Source of the DNA: Mobula hypostoma
Lineage: Eukaryota
NCBI RefSeq assembly: GCF_963921235.1
Contig: NC_086097.1
Coordinates: 29,638,001 to 29,702,000, forward strand
Direction: 5' to 3'
Length of the DNA: 64,000 nucleotides
How positions within the stretch are numbered: the first letter of the stretch is position 1; each line of letters opens with the position of its first letter. The notes beneath the pieces were generated by a model. It did no database searches, had not been told where the DNA came from, and saw nothing but the letters and a program-made list of their open reading frames with translations. The translations under genes and the position numbers were made by a program. Shown here piece after piece: positions 40,006-52,400 of this stretch.

Positions 40006-40695
40006 ATAGTCTTATGGTCTAATAGGAATTTGAGGGGCAAACATTTTCACCCAGAGGGTGGTCCATATATGGAATAAGTTTCCAGGGGATGTGTGTGAGG
40101 CAGGTACAGTGACCTTATGAAGGGGTGATGGAGACAGGGAGTCTCACAATATTTAACAAAAACATATCAAGCAGTGAGGTACAGAAGACTACAGTCCAAA
40201 AAGACCACAGGACATAGGAGAAGAATTTGGCCATTTGGGTCATTCATTCTGCTTCACCATTCAACTATGGCCAATTTATTATCCCTCTCAACCCATTCTC
40301 CCTATAACCTTAGATACCTTTACTAAGAACCTCCATGTTAAATATACGCAATAACTTGGCCTCCACAGCATCAATGGCAATGAATTTCTCAGATTCCTCA
40401 CCCTCTGGCTACAGGAATTCCTCTTCATGTCCGTTCTAAAGGAGCTTCCTTCTAAGTCCTTCTGCAGACTCCATGCCTCCTTCTTCACTACCTGCCCCTC
40501 CACCAATTTTTTTGTATAATCTGCAAACTTGGCCATAAAGCCATCAATTCCATCATCCAAATCATTGACATATAATATGAATAGAAATGGTCTCAATAAT
40601 TCCTGTGGAACACTATTAGTCACCGGCAGCCAGCCAGAAAAGGCTCCCTTTACTTCCACATTTTGCCTCCTTCCAGTCAACCAATTTTCTATCCA

Positions 40696-40806
40696 AGAAA
40701 CACACACAAAATGCTGAAGGAATTCAGCAGGCCAGGCAGCATCCATGGAAAAGAGTAAACAGTCGACGTTTCAGGCCGAGGCCCTTCTTCAGGATGGCTT
40801 CATCAG
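40696..40806 (-). mobile_element. 111-bp PLE terminal-repeat insertion with hammerhead motif and 13-bp TSD
   Basis: Core CUGAAGA...GAAACGUC intact at 40760-40795; flanks aattttctatcca / aattttctattca. Confidence 0.75.
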
Positions 40807-41509
40807 AATTTTCTATTCATGCCAGTATCTTTCCAGTAATACCATGGGCTCTTATCTTGCTAAGCAGCCTCATATGTGACACCTTGTCAAAGGCCTGAAA
40901 ATCCAACTAAACAACATCCATTGACTCTCCTTTGTCTAGTCTGTTTGGTATTTCCTCAAAGAATTCCAATGGATTCGTCAGGCAAAATCTCATAAGGAAA
41001 TCATGCTTACTTTGCCCTACTTTATCGTGAGCCTCCAAGTACTCTGAAATCTCATCCTTAATAACAGACCTAACACTGAAGCCAGGTTAACTGGCCTATA
41101 ATTTCCTTTCTTCTGCCTCTCCCCCTTCTTAAAAAGTGGAGAGACATTTGCAATTTTCCAGTGCCCTGGAACCATTCTCGAATCTAGTGATTCTTGAAAG
41201 ATCATTACTAAAGCCTCCACAAATCCTTTAGCTGTCTCTTTCAGAACCCTGGAGTGTAGACCATCTGGTCCAGGTGACTTGTGTACCTTCAGATTTTTCA
41301 GCTTCCCAAGCACCTTCTCATTAGTATTAGCAATGACACTCACTTCTGCCCCCTGACACTCTCCAATTTCTGACACATTGCTGGTGTCTTCCACAGTGAA
41401 GACTGATGCAAATGACCTATTAAGTTCTTCTGGTATTTATATGTCCCCCATTAATACCCTCCAGTGGGTCCAATATCCACTCTTGCCTCTCTTTTACCTT
41501 TTATGTATT

Positions 41510-41777
41510 CATTTATTTATTGATACACAGTGTGGAATAGGCCCTTTCAGACCTTCGAGCTATGCTGCTCAGCAATCCCCCAATTTAATCCTGGCCTAAT
41601 TACGGGACAATTTGCAATGAGCAGTTAATGTACCAACTGGTATGTTGTTGGAATGTGGGAAGAAGCCCATGTAGTCACAGGGAGAAAGTACAACCTCCTT
41701 ACAGGCAGTGGCAGGAATTGAGTCCGGGTCACTGGTACTGTAAAGCGTTGTACTAACCACTACACTATAGTGCCACT
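41510..41777 (-). mobile_element. V-SINE/HE1-like SINE nested in CR1
   Basis: Homologous to 5495-5752; (aaat)n tail. Confidence 0.7.
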
Positions 41778-42400
41778 GTTTATATATATGAAAAAGTTTT
41801 TGGTATCCTTTTATATTATTTGCTAGCTTACCTTCATTATTAATCTTTTCTTTCCTTATGGCTGTTTAGTTGTTTTTCTAAAACTTCCCAATCCTCTAAC
41901 TTCCCACCAATTTTTGCAATATTATACATCCTCTCTTTTCCTTTATGCTGTCTTTGACTTCCTTGTCAGCCACAGTTGCCTCACCCTCCTTTTAGAATAC
42001 TTCTTCATCTTGGGACTTATCTATCCTGTGCCTTCCAAATCGCTCCCAAAAACTCTATCCATTGTTTCTCTGCCATCATCCTTGCTAGTGTCCCCTTTCA
42101 ATCAACTTTGGTCAACTCCTCCCATGCCTCTGTAATTCCCTCTACTCCACTGTAATACTAATACTTCTGACTTTATCTTCTCCCTCTCAAATTGCAGGGT
42201 GAATTCTGTCATATTATGATCACTGTCTCCTAAGGGTTTCTTTACTTAAGCCCCCTAATCAAATTTGGTTCATTACATAACACCCAATTCAGAATTGCCT
42301 TTCTCCTATTTGAATACAGGCTGCTCTAGAAAGCCATCTTGTAGGCATTCTATAAATTCTCTCTCTTGGGATTCAGCACCATCCTGATTTTTCCAATCTA

Positions 42401-42530
42401 CCTGCACATTGAAGTTCCCCGTAACTATCACAGCATTACTCTGATTACATGCCATTTCTATCTCCCTGCACATTGAAGTTCCCCGTGACTATCACAGCAT
42501 TATTCTGATTACATGCCATTTCTATCTCCC
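42401..42530. repeat. 64-bp tandem duplication within CR1
   Basis: cctgcacattgaagttccccgt...gccatttctatctcc occurs twice with an offset of 64. Confidence 0.85.
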
Positions 42531-43747
42531 ATTGTAAATCTATCTCACATCCTGGCTACTACTTCAAGGCCTGTATACAACTCCCATCAGGTCTTTTTAC
42601 CCTTGCCGTTTCTTAACTCTAGCTATAAGGAGTCTACATTTTCCAATCTTTCTAAGGATTTGATTTCATATTTTACCAACTGAGCCACTCCACCCCCTCT
42701 GCCTACCTGCCTGCCCTCTCATTACAATGTGTATCCTTGGATGTTAAGCTCCCAACTATAATCTTCTTTCAGCAACAACTTGATTAATGTATGCCCACAG
42801 TGTCATACCTGCCAATCTCTAACTGAGCTACAAGATCATCTACCTTATTACATATTCTGCGTGCATTCGGATATAATTCCTTTGGTCCTGTATACATCAC
42901 CCTTTTTGATTTTGCCTCCGTGTTACCCTTCAACTCATCCCACCGACTGCAACTTTGCCCTGCCATCTGCCCGTCCTTCCTCACAGTCTCACTACAACAC
43001 TGCACCGACTTACAGCATATACCAACCGCTCCATCCTTAGTCCTATCACTCCGGTTGTCATCCCCCTGCCAAATTAGTTTAAGCCCTCTCCAGCAGCTCT
43101 AGAAAACCTACCCACAACAATATTGGTCTCCCTTGGGTTTAGGTGTAACCTGTCCTTTCTCTACATGTCAGAACTTCCCCAGAGAGATCCCAATGATCCA
43201 GAAATCAGACACACTGCCTCCTGCACCAATCCTAAGCCACTATCCTCATCTATACTCTCATCTTATTCTTGCCTTGACTAGAATGTTGCACTGGGAGTAT
43301 TCCAGATATTGCTACATTGGAGGTCCTGCTCTTCTGCATCTTCTCTAACTCCCTATACTCACTGGGCAGGACCTCTTCCTCCTTTCTACTTAGGTCACGG
43401 GTGCCAATGTGCACCATGACCTCAGGCTCCTCACCCTCCCACTTGAGAGTCTTCTGCAGCCGTGGAGCCATCCTGGATGCCAGAACCTGGGAGGCAACAT
43501 ACTCTTCTGGCTTCTCTTTCAGTGCTACAGAATTTCCTGTCCGTCCCACCAGCTACCGACTCTCCTATCACTATCGCTCTGCCTGACTTCACCCCTCCCT
43601 GCTCAGCCTTAGAGCCGGCCACAGTGCCACTGGCCTGGCCGACGCAGTGCCCTGATGGGTCATTCTCCCCCAGCAGTATCCAAAGGGGTGTAGTTGTTGC
43701 TGAGGGGAACGACACAGGTGAACCCCGCACTGCCTGCTGACCCACCT

Positions 43748-44398
43748 GAAACACAAAATAATCTGCAGATGCTGTAAGAGATCAAAGCAACACTTTCAGT
43801 ATGCTGGATGAACTCAGCAGGTCAGACAGCATCAGTCAGAAACGATGAGCCGACATTTTGGGCCGGAACCCTTCGTCAGGACTGAAGAGTGAAAGATGGG
43901 GAAGGATTTGAAGAATGCTTGTAGCTTCAGTTGAAAGACAAAGGGGTGGGGGAAGGGAAGCATTGACATCATAGCCCTGAAAACAATAGGTAGTAGAAGG
44001 AGGAGGCGGAACCATGAGGGAGCTGGGGGAGGGGGTAGAGTGAAATAGGGATAGAGGAAGGGAGGGGGAGGGAATTACCGGAAGTTGGAGAATTCTATGT
44101 TCATACCAAGGGGCTGGAGACTACCTAGACGGTATATGAGACGTTGCTCCTCCAACCTGAGTTTAGCCTCATCATGGCAGTAGAGTTTTTCAGGGCTATG
44201 ACGTCAATGCTTCCCCTCCCCCACCTCTTTGTCTTCCAAATTACTGGTCTTTCAACTGAAGCTACAAGCATTCTTCAAATCCTTCCCCATTTTACATTCT
44301 TCAGTCCTGACGAAGGGTTCTGGCCCGAAACATCGACTCATCATTTCTAAGTGATGCTGCCCGACCCGCTGAGTTCATCCAGCGTACTGAAAGTGTTA
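43748..44398. mobile_element. Fold-back PLE element with ~200-bp inverted arms and 14-bp TSD
   Basis: Arms ~43785-43985 and ~44185-44398, each with a hammerhead motif; GIY-YIG C-terminal remnant between them; flanks ctgctgacccacct / ctgctgactcacct. Confidence 0.85.
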
Positions 44399-47287
44399 CT
44401 GCTGACTCACCTAGCTTGTCCTGGTGTTCACTCATCTACTATCTAAAGCCTGCACTCTGGGTGTGACCACCTCAGTAAAAATTTCGTCTACAAGGTTTTC
44501 AGCTTCCCTGTATACATCCAGATCCAGCTCCAGTTTCTTGACCTTGTCAGTCAGGAGGTGAAGTTGGGTGCACTTCCTGCAGACGTACAGTAGTTATCAA
44601 GGAGACTGTTAGGAACCCTGAAATCCCACATCTCACGGGGAGAGCATTCAACTACCTAAACTATCACCCAGCCTACAACTTATTATGCTTCTAACTTCTC
44701 AAGCTTAAGTTGCAGCCTGTGCCTGTCCTCACCCTGTTGAACCAAAGCTGCCCACTCTAAAGCTGCCCACTCCAGTGGAGGTGGCTCCGTTTACACCTTG
44801 GTTCTTTATATTGGCCCCTGCCGAGTGCCTAGCATCGTAGCCCACCAAAAAGCTCTGAATGACCCTGACTTTTATTTAAACCTCACACTGCCTCACCAAC
44901 GAGCAAGTTCTCATGGCGACTACAAAATTTTCCGAAAACATGCTCTCCACGTGCACTCTATCTTGGCCTTTCAATATCTAATAGGTTTCAATGGGACCCC
45001 CCCTTACTCTTTAAAACTCTAGCAAATATGGCCCCAGTGCCATCAAACACTCATCCGCCCTGCAATGATTCGTGTGAACCTCCTCTGGACCCTCTCCAAT
45101 GACAGCACATTTGTTCTTTGGTAATTGGTCCAAATTGCTCTCAATACTCCCAGTGCACTCTGATCAATGCCTTACAAAGCCTTCGAATGGAGTTAGTATG
45201 GATGCATACTTCATGTCTAGCATGGACAGGTGGGCAGGAGGGCCAGTTCCTGTGTTCATGGAAGCAGTGACGATACAGCAGAAGCTATTTTTTGAAAGGT
45301 GAAATCGTACGTGAACATTTTCTTTGCTACAAACTGTGGAGTGATAAAGTTTCACGGCCCCACCCCCCACTGTAGAGAGCTCCCAGCCCACCTTTTCACC
45401 CTTCACCTTCCCCAGCAACCCACAGCTAATAAATGTGGGTTCAATTACCGTCAGGAGCACAGTGGTAACCTTCGTCATTGACTCCTGGAAACACATGGCT
45501 GATCTGCTGTTCGTCAAATTGCCTTTGTTTGGATTAGAAGCAGTTTCTCCCTTTGGGGAATCAGTTTCTCAGCGTTCCCAGTCTACCTTCCAAACGGCTG
45601 AGTTTTTCAGTGCAGAGAACAGGGAATAAGATAATACAAGATCAGCTCTATTTGTCACATGTACATCGAAACATACAGTGAAATGCGTTGCTTGCATCTA
45701 TGACCAACAGTCTGAGGATGTGTTGGGAGCAGCCTGAAAGTGTTGCCGTGTTTCCAGTGCCAATCTGGCATGGCCGCAGCTATCTAACCCTAGCCTGGAC
45801 ACCTTTAGAATGTAGGAGGAAACTGACTCGGAGGAAGCTCACGTGGGCAATCTTCGACTGCTCTTGCCCTGGGAATGGCCAGGCCCAGGAGTAAGTTGAC
45901 CAGGAGATCCCCCAATCTCCTCACCGGGTGAATATAGATCCAGACCGTGGGGCTGGAGGACAGTCAGATCGTGAGGAGCAGTCCCTTCAGATACTGAGGG
46001 TGGGGGTGCTGCAACCTCTCAGACTCTGCATATACAGTACGCGGTCCATCGCCTCCCCCTGGCCACTGAGATTCAGTCCTTCCATATACTACCCTGAGAT
46101 TCTTTTCAGAGAATTATTGAAAACTCTATATAAGTGCAAAGGAAGACAAATTGTGCAAATAAACAACATAATATTACTAAGAAAATGAGTTTAGATTACT
46201 AGAAAGTGAGTCCATGGGTTGTGGAGTCAGTTCAGAGTTGTGGTGAGGGGCGTTATGCTGGTTCAGGAGCCTGATGGTCATAGGGTGATAACTGTTCCTG
46301 AACTTGGAAGGGCCTTAACTGAGTGGATGTGGAGAGGACGATGGGAGAGTCTAAGACCAGAGGACACAGCCTCAGAATAGAAGGGTGCCCTCCTAGAATG
46401 GAATTTATCCAGTGGTAAATCTGTGGAATTCTTGCCTCAGGCAGCTATGGAGGTCAAGTCTTTATGTATGTTTAAGGCAGAGGTTGATAGATTCTTGATT
46501 GGTCAGGGCATGGAGGAATACAGGGAGAAGGAAGGAGAGTAGGGCTGAGAGGAAAATTGGATCAGCCATGATGAAATGGCAGAGCAGACTTGATGGGCCA
46601 AATGGCCCAATTCTGCTCCTATATCTGAAGGTTTCTTGCCCGATGATGGTAATGAGAAGAGGGAACGGCCTGGATGGTGGGTCTCGTTGATGATAGACGT
46701 TGCTTTCTTGTGGTAGTGCTTCCTGTAGACGTGCTCAGTGGTGGAGAGGGCTCTGCCTGTGATGGGTGATGCTGGCCCAACAATGGACTGTATTCCATGA
46801 GCTTGCTCCTGATTGGTTAGGCAGGGTTTCCATAGCGATGGCAACTCTTTCTGACCTCAGTTAGCCAATGAGAAACAAGAGTCTGTGGGGTGGATTGTGA
46901 CGAACGACCTCACTTGCTTTCGGTGTCCCCGTGCACGGACTGTGAGCCTGGAGAAGCTCACGGATCTGTTGGCCGGCAGCTTTGGCCCACCACAAGTCAG
47001 TCAAGTAAAAAGAAGAAAGATCAGAGCAGGGAGAGGAGAGAGAATGCACGGCCACGGTGATTCTGTGTGTGTGAGTACACGGTGGGGTGACATTCAGGGG
47101 ACAGGGTTTTCCACACTCTGTGGTTGATGAACTACTTTGTGATTTTCATCCACTCCCCTCACTGCCACAATGTCTTTTGTTTTTATTTACTTGATATATT
47201 ATTTTCACAAGTACCAATATACGGTGAAAACTTGTCTTGCACACTGTTCATACAGATCAGATCTTTACACAGTTCATTGAGCCGGAA

Positions 47288-48503
47288 CAGGGGTCCCCAA
47301 TCTTTTTTGCTCTGCAGACCGGTTTAATATTGACAATATTCTTGCAGACCGGCCAACCGGGTGAGGGGTAGGGTTGCCAACGGACAAGAGTAGCAGTCAA
47401 ATGCATTATGTTTACCCAGAAAAGACTTCAATGATCATGAAGCCCTGCAGGGGCACCAGTGCGCATACGTGACCTGCGCATACGTGTTACCTGCCCATTT
47501 CTTCCCCTGCAAATCATTTTTGGCGATTCCGTTGGGGGGGGGTGATGTTAATCACAAACGGAATATAGGTGATAAGTAGCTAATATACTCAATTTCGTTT
47601 CTAAAAGGGTTTCTCTAATGAATCTAATATTAAACACACAGCGCATATTTTCCTTGCATGAATATAGTGATAAGTCAATTATCAGGGAAGGACAGGGGAG
47701 CTTGAAGTAAGTGTTGAACGAACTTCCGGTAGAAGTGGTAGAGGCAGGTTCGATATTATCATTTAAAGTAAAATTGGATAGGTATATGGACAGGAAAGGA
47801 ATAGAGGGTTGTGGGCTGAGTGCAGGTCGGTGGGACTAGGTGAGAGTAGCGTTCGGCACAGACTAGAAGGGCAGAGATGGCCTGTTTCCGTGCTGTAATT
47901 GTTATATGGTTATATAAGTCACCAATAAGTCAATAGCATAACATCTGTTTGGATACTAAACACACAGCATATATTTTCCCCGTATGAACATATAAAATCA
48001 TTGCAACACACCAATATCGCTGAATCAGTGGGAGCCCTGGGCTTGTTTTCCTACAACAAGACGGTCCTATCGAGGGGTGATGGGAGACAGCGATACTCGA
48101 AGAGGGTCCCTTATGTCCAGTCTATTCTGCAATTTAGTTTTCGTTGCAATCATTGCAGAAAACTCCGCTTCACAGAGATATGATGTTGGAAATAGAGGCA
48201 ATGTTTTCAGTGCTTTCGTGGCTATCTCAGGATATTTAGCCTTGACTTTGATCCAGAATGCCGGTAGAGATGTTATGTCAAACATACTTCTCAGCCCGCC
48301 ATCATTTGCAAACTCGAGGAGTTGATCTCCTTCCCGTGCTGACGTGGATGACGCGCGGGTAATGACCTCGTGTGCGTTCAAGCTCAACAGTGGGCGTGAC
48401 AGGGAATGAGGAAAGGTGCAGCTGACATTCCTATTGCCAAATCATATCATTTCCTCGCGGCCTGGTAGCACATGCTTTGCGGCCTGGTGGCTGGGGACCG
48501 CTG
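47288..48503 (-). mobile_element. Non-autonomous hAT (Charlie/Buster-like) DNA transposon, 1216 bp
   Basis: TIRs caggggtccccaa / ctggggaccgctg; 8-bp flanks agccggaa / agctagaa; hAT dimerisation-domain remnant FWIKVKAKYPEIATKALKTLPLFPTSYLCEAEFS...RLDI at 48067-48387. Confidence 0.9.
47680..47924 (+). mobile_element. CR1 3'-end fragment inside the hAT element
   Basis: gtggtagaggcagg...ggataggtatatggacagg...ggcctgtttccgtgctgtaa, bracketed by ataagtcaat at 47670 and 47925. Confidence 0.7.
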
Positions 48504-49463
48504 AGCTAGAATAATGTACAACTATAACAATGCAGAACTGATCTGAACTGATTTCAGAACCTATGGACTCATTTTCAAAGACTCTACAACTCATGTTTGC
48601 AGTATTATTTATCTATCTATTTGTTATATATTTATGTACTCATTTGGCTTATCTATTAATTTGTTTATCTCTCTATCTATCCATCTCTCTGTCTGTGTAT
48701 TTATGTATGTAGATATTTATTTATTTATATTTGCTCCGTTCTCTTCCTTGGCACATCGGTCCTTTGTTAGTCTTTGTGAATAGTTTTTTATTTACACTAT
48801 TCTATTATATACATTGTTTGGTTTCCTGTGTATGCCTTGAAGAAAATGAATCTTAAATTAATTTATGGTGACACATACATACTTCAATAAATTTACTTTG
48901 AACTTTGAATGAAGTGTAAAAGCTACAAAAGAAGTACTGCGCGGGTGAGCAGCGAAGTGCAACGCCGAATGAGGTAGATAGTGAGGTCTGGGATGATGGT
49001 GGTGCGCTCGGACGCAGTGGCCTCTCCTGGTCCAACCAAAGGTATCATAGTTCGTTTATAACATCTTTTTTATGATCGCAGGTCACTGCTAGATATTGAC
49101 AACATCGAGTACCACAGGTCTGACCCATCAGCAAGTTACTTGACAATGATGCAGCTGGGCTTATTACATACCGTTGTTGTGCTGAGCAAGAGCACGGCCC
49201 AACAAAAGGGATTGTCTTGGACATTTTTCTTGACATCGCAAGACCCTGTTGGACAGGGCTAACATAGAACATTGCAAGGTTAATTGGCAAGAGAGATGGC
49301 AGGAGAGCCGAGTCATCTTGGGCTGTGACTCGGACCAGGCCCTCATGCTGCGAGGTTGCCTGTTGCGGTGCCCAGGAGAGGGGAAGCCGGAGGCAGTATG
49401 AGGAGAGCAGAGGCTTTTGTGGGGCGGCTGGGATCCGCTCTGGGTTGGGGTTTGGCCCCTTCT

Positions 49464-52400
49464 CTCACTGCCGCCCTCCAGTGTTTCAGTTTGCTCACTG
49501 CCGGCCTCCAGTGTTTCTGTTTGCTCACTGCCGCCCTCCAGTGTTTCAGTTTGCTCACTGCCACCCTCCAGTGTTTCTGTTTGCTCAGCGCCGCCCTCCA
49601 GTGTATCTATTTGCTCACTGCCACTCTCCAGTGTTTCCGTTTGCCCACTGCCACCCTCCAGTGTTTCTGTTTGCTCACTGCCGCCCTGCAGTGTTTCAGT
49701 TTGCTCACTGCTGCCCTCCAGTTTTTCAGTTTGCTCACTGCCGCCCTCCAGTTTTTCAGTTTGCTCACTGCCGCCCTCCAGTGTTTCCGTTTGCTCAGCA
49801 CTGCCCTCCAGTGTTTCCGTTTGCCCACTGCCGCCCTCCAGTGTTTCAGTTTGCTCACTGCCGGCCTCCAGTGTTTCTGTTTGCTCACTGCCGCCCTCCA
49901 GTGTATCTGTTTGCTCACTGCCGCCCTCCAGTGTTTCAGTTTGCTCAGTGTTGCCCTCCAGTGTTTCAGTTTGCTCACTGCCGCCCTCCAGTGTTTCACT
50001 TTGCTCACTGCCGCCCTCCAGTGTTTCAGTTTGCTCAGTGCCACCCTCCAGTGTTTCCGTTTGCTCAGTGCCACCCTCCAGTGTTTCCGTTTGCTCAGTG
50101 CTGCCCTCCAGTGTTTCAGTTTGCTCAGTGTTGCCCTCCAGTGTTTCAGATTGCTCACTGCTGCCCTCCAGTGTTTCTGTTTGCCCACTGCCGCCCTCCA
50201 GTGTTTCAGTTTACCCACTGCCGCCCTCCAGTGATTCAGTTTGCTCACTGCCGCCCTCCAGTGTTTCAGTTTGCCCACTGCCGCCCTCCAGTGTTTCTGT
50301 TTGCCCACTGCCACCCTCCAGTGTTTCAATTTGCTCACTGCCACCCTCCAGTGTTTCGGTTTGCTCACTGCCACCCTCCAGTGTTTCGGTTTGCTCACTG
50401 CCACCCTCCAGTGATTCAGTTTGCCCACTGCCGCCCTCCAGTGTTTCAGTTTGATCACTGCCACCCTCCAGTGTTTCAGTTTGCCCACTGCCGCCCTCCA
50501 GTGTTTCAGTTTGCCCACTGCCGCCCTCCAGTGTTTCAGTTTGCTCACTGCCACCCTCCAGTGTTTCAGTTTGCTCAGTGCTGCCCTCCAGTGTTTCAGT
50601 TTGCTCACTGCCGCCCTCCAGTGTTTCAGTTTGCTCACTGCCACCCTCCAGTGTTTCTGTTTGCTCAGCGCCGCCCTCCAGTGTATCTATTTGCTCACTG
50701 CCACTCTCCAGTGTTTCCGTTTGCCCACTGCCACCCTCCAGTGTTTCTGTTTGCTCACTGCCGCCCTGCAGTGTTTCAGTTTGCTCACTGCTGCCCTCCA
50801 GTTTTTCAGTTTGCTCACTGCCGCCCTCCAGTTTTTCAGTTTGCTCACTGCCGCCCTCCAGTGTTTCTGTTTGCTCAGCACTGCCTTCCAGTGTTTCCGT
50901 TTGCCCACTGCCGCCCTCCAGTGTTTCGGTTTGCTCACTGCCGCCCTCCAGTGTTTCTGTTTGCTCAGTGCCGCCCTCCAGTGTTTCAGTTTGCTCAGTG
51001 CCACCCTCCAGTGTTTCAGTTTGCTCACTGCCGCCCTCCAGTGTTTCAGTTTGCCCACTGCCGCCCTCCAGTGTTTCAGTTTGCTCAGTGCTGCCCTCCA
51101 GTGTTTCTGTTTTCTCAGTGCTGCCCTCCAGTGTTTCTGTTTTCTCAGTGTTGCCCTCCAGTGTTTCAGTTTGCTCAGTGCTGCCCTCCAGTGTTTCAGT
51201 TTGCTCACTGCTGCCCTCTAGTGTTTCGGTTTGCTCACTGCCACCCTCCAGTGTTTCAGTTTGCTCACTGCCGCCCTCCAGTGTTTCTGGTTGCTCACTG
51301 CCGCCCTCCAGTATTTCAGTTTGCTCACTGCCGCCCTCCAGTGTTTCAGTTTGCTCAGTGCCACCCTCCAGTGTTTCAGTTTGCTCACTGCCGCCCTCCA
51401 GTGTTTCTGTTTGCTCACTGCCGCCCTCCAGTGTTTCAGTTTGCTCACTGCCGCCCTCCAGTGTTTCAGTTTGCTCACTGCTGAGCTCCAGTGTTTCAGT
51501 TTGCTCAGTGCCGCCCTCCAGTGTTTCAGTTTGCTCACTTCTGAGCTCCAGTGTTTCTGTTTGCTCACTGCCGCCCTCCAGTGTTTCTGTTTGCTCACTG
51601 CCGCCCCCCAGTGTTTCAGTTTGCTCACTGCCGCCCTCCAGTGTTTCAGTTTGCTCACTGCTGAGCTCCAGTGTTTCAGTTTGCTGTGCCGCCCTCCAGT
51701 GCTTCAGTTTGCTCACTGCCGCCCTCCAGTGTTTCAGTTTGCTCACTTCTGAGCTCCAGTGTTTCTGTTTGCTCACTGCCGCCCTCCAGTGTTTCTGTTT
51801 GCTCACTGCCGCCCTCCAGTGTTTCAGTTTGCTCACTGCCGCCCTCCAGTGTTTCAGTTTGCTCACTGCTGAGCTCCAGTGTTTCAGTTTGCTGTGCCGC
51901 CCTCCAGTGTTTCAGTTTGCTCACTGCCGCCCTCCAGTGTTTCAGTTTGCTCAATGCTGCCCTCCAGTGTTTCAGTTTGCCCACTGCCGCCCTCCAGTGT
52001 TTCAGTTTGCTCAGTGCCGTCCTCCAGTGTTTCAGTTTGCTCACTGCAGAGCTCCAGTGTTTCTGTTTGCTCACTGCTGAGCTCCAGTGTTTCAAATTGC
52101 TCACTGCTGAACTCCAGTGTTTCGGTTTGCTCACTGCCACCCTCCAGTGTTTCAGTTTGCTCACTGCTGAGCTCCAGTGTTTCTGTTTGCTCACTGCCGC
52201 CCTCCAGTGTTTCAGTTTGCTCACTGCCGCCCTCCAGTGTTTCAGTTTGCTCACTTCTGAGCTCCAGTGTTTCTGTTTGCTCACTGCCGCCCTCCAGTGT
52301 TTCTGTTTGCTCACTGCCGCCCTCCAGTGTTTCAGTTTGCTCACTGCCGCCCTCCAGTGTTTCAGTTTGCTCACTGCTGAGCTCCAGTGTTTCAGTTTGC

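Larger units (their letters stand above)
40205..44660 (-). mobile_element. Long decayed CR1 LINE with nested SINE and PLE-derived insertions
   Basis: KSPGPDGLHSRVLKE, GNYRPVNLAS, KFADYTK and an SGNH ORF1 remnant (VMVHIGTRD...ISGILP). Confidence 0.85.

Noticed and set aside
48067..48387. Domesticated ZBED/SCAND3/FAM200-like host gene
   Set aside because: Only a C-terminal fragment lying between TIRs and a TSD, so it is a transposon remnant.
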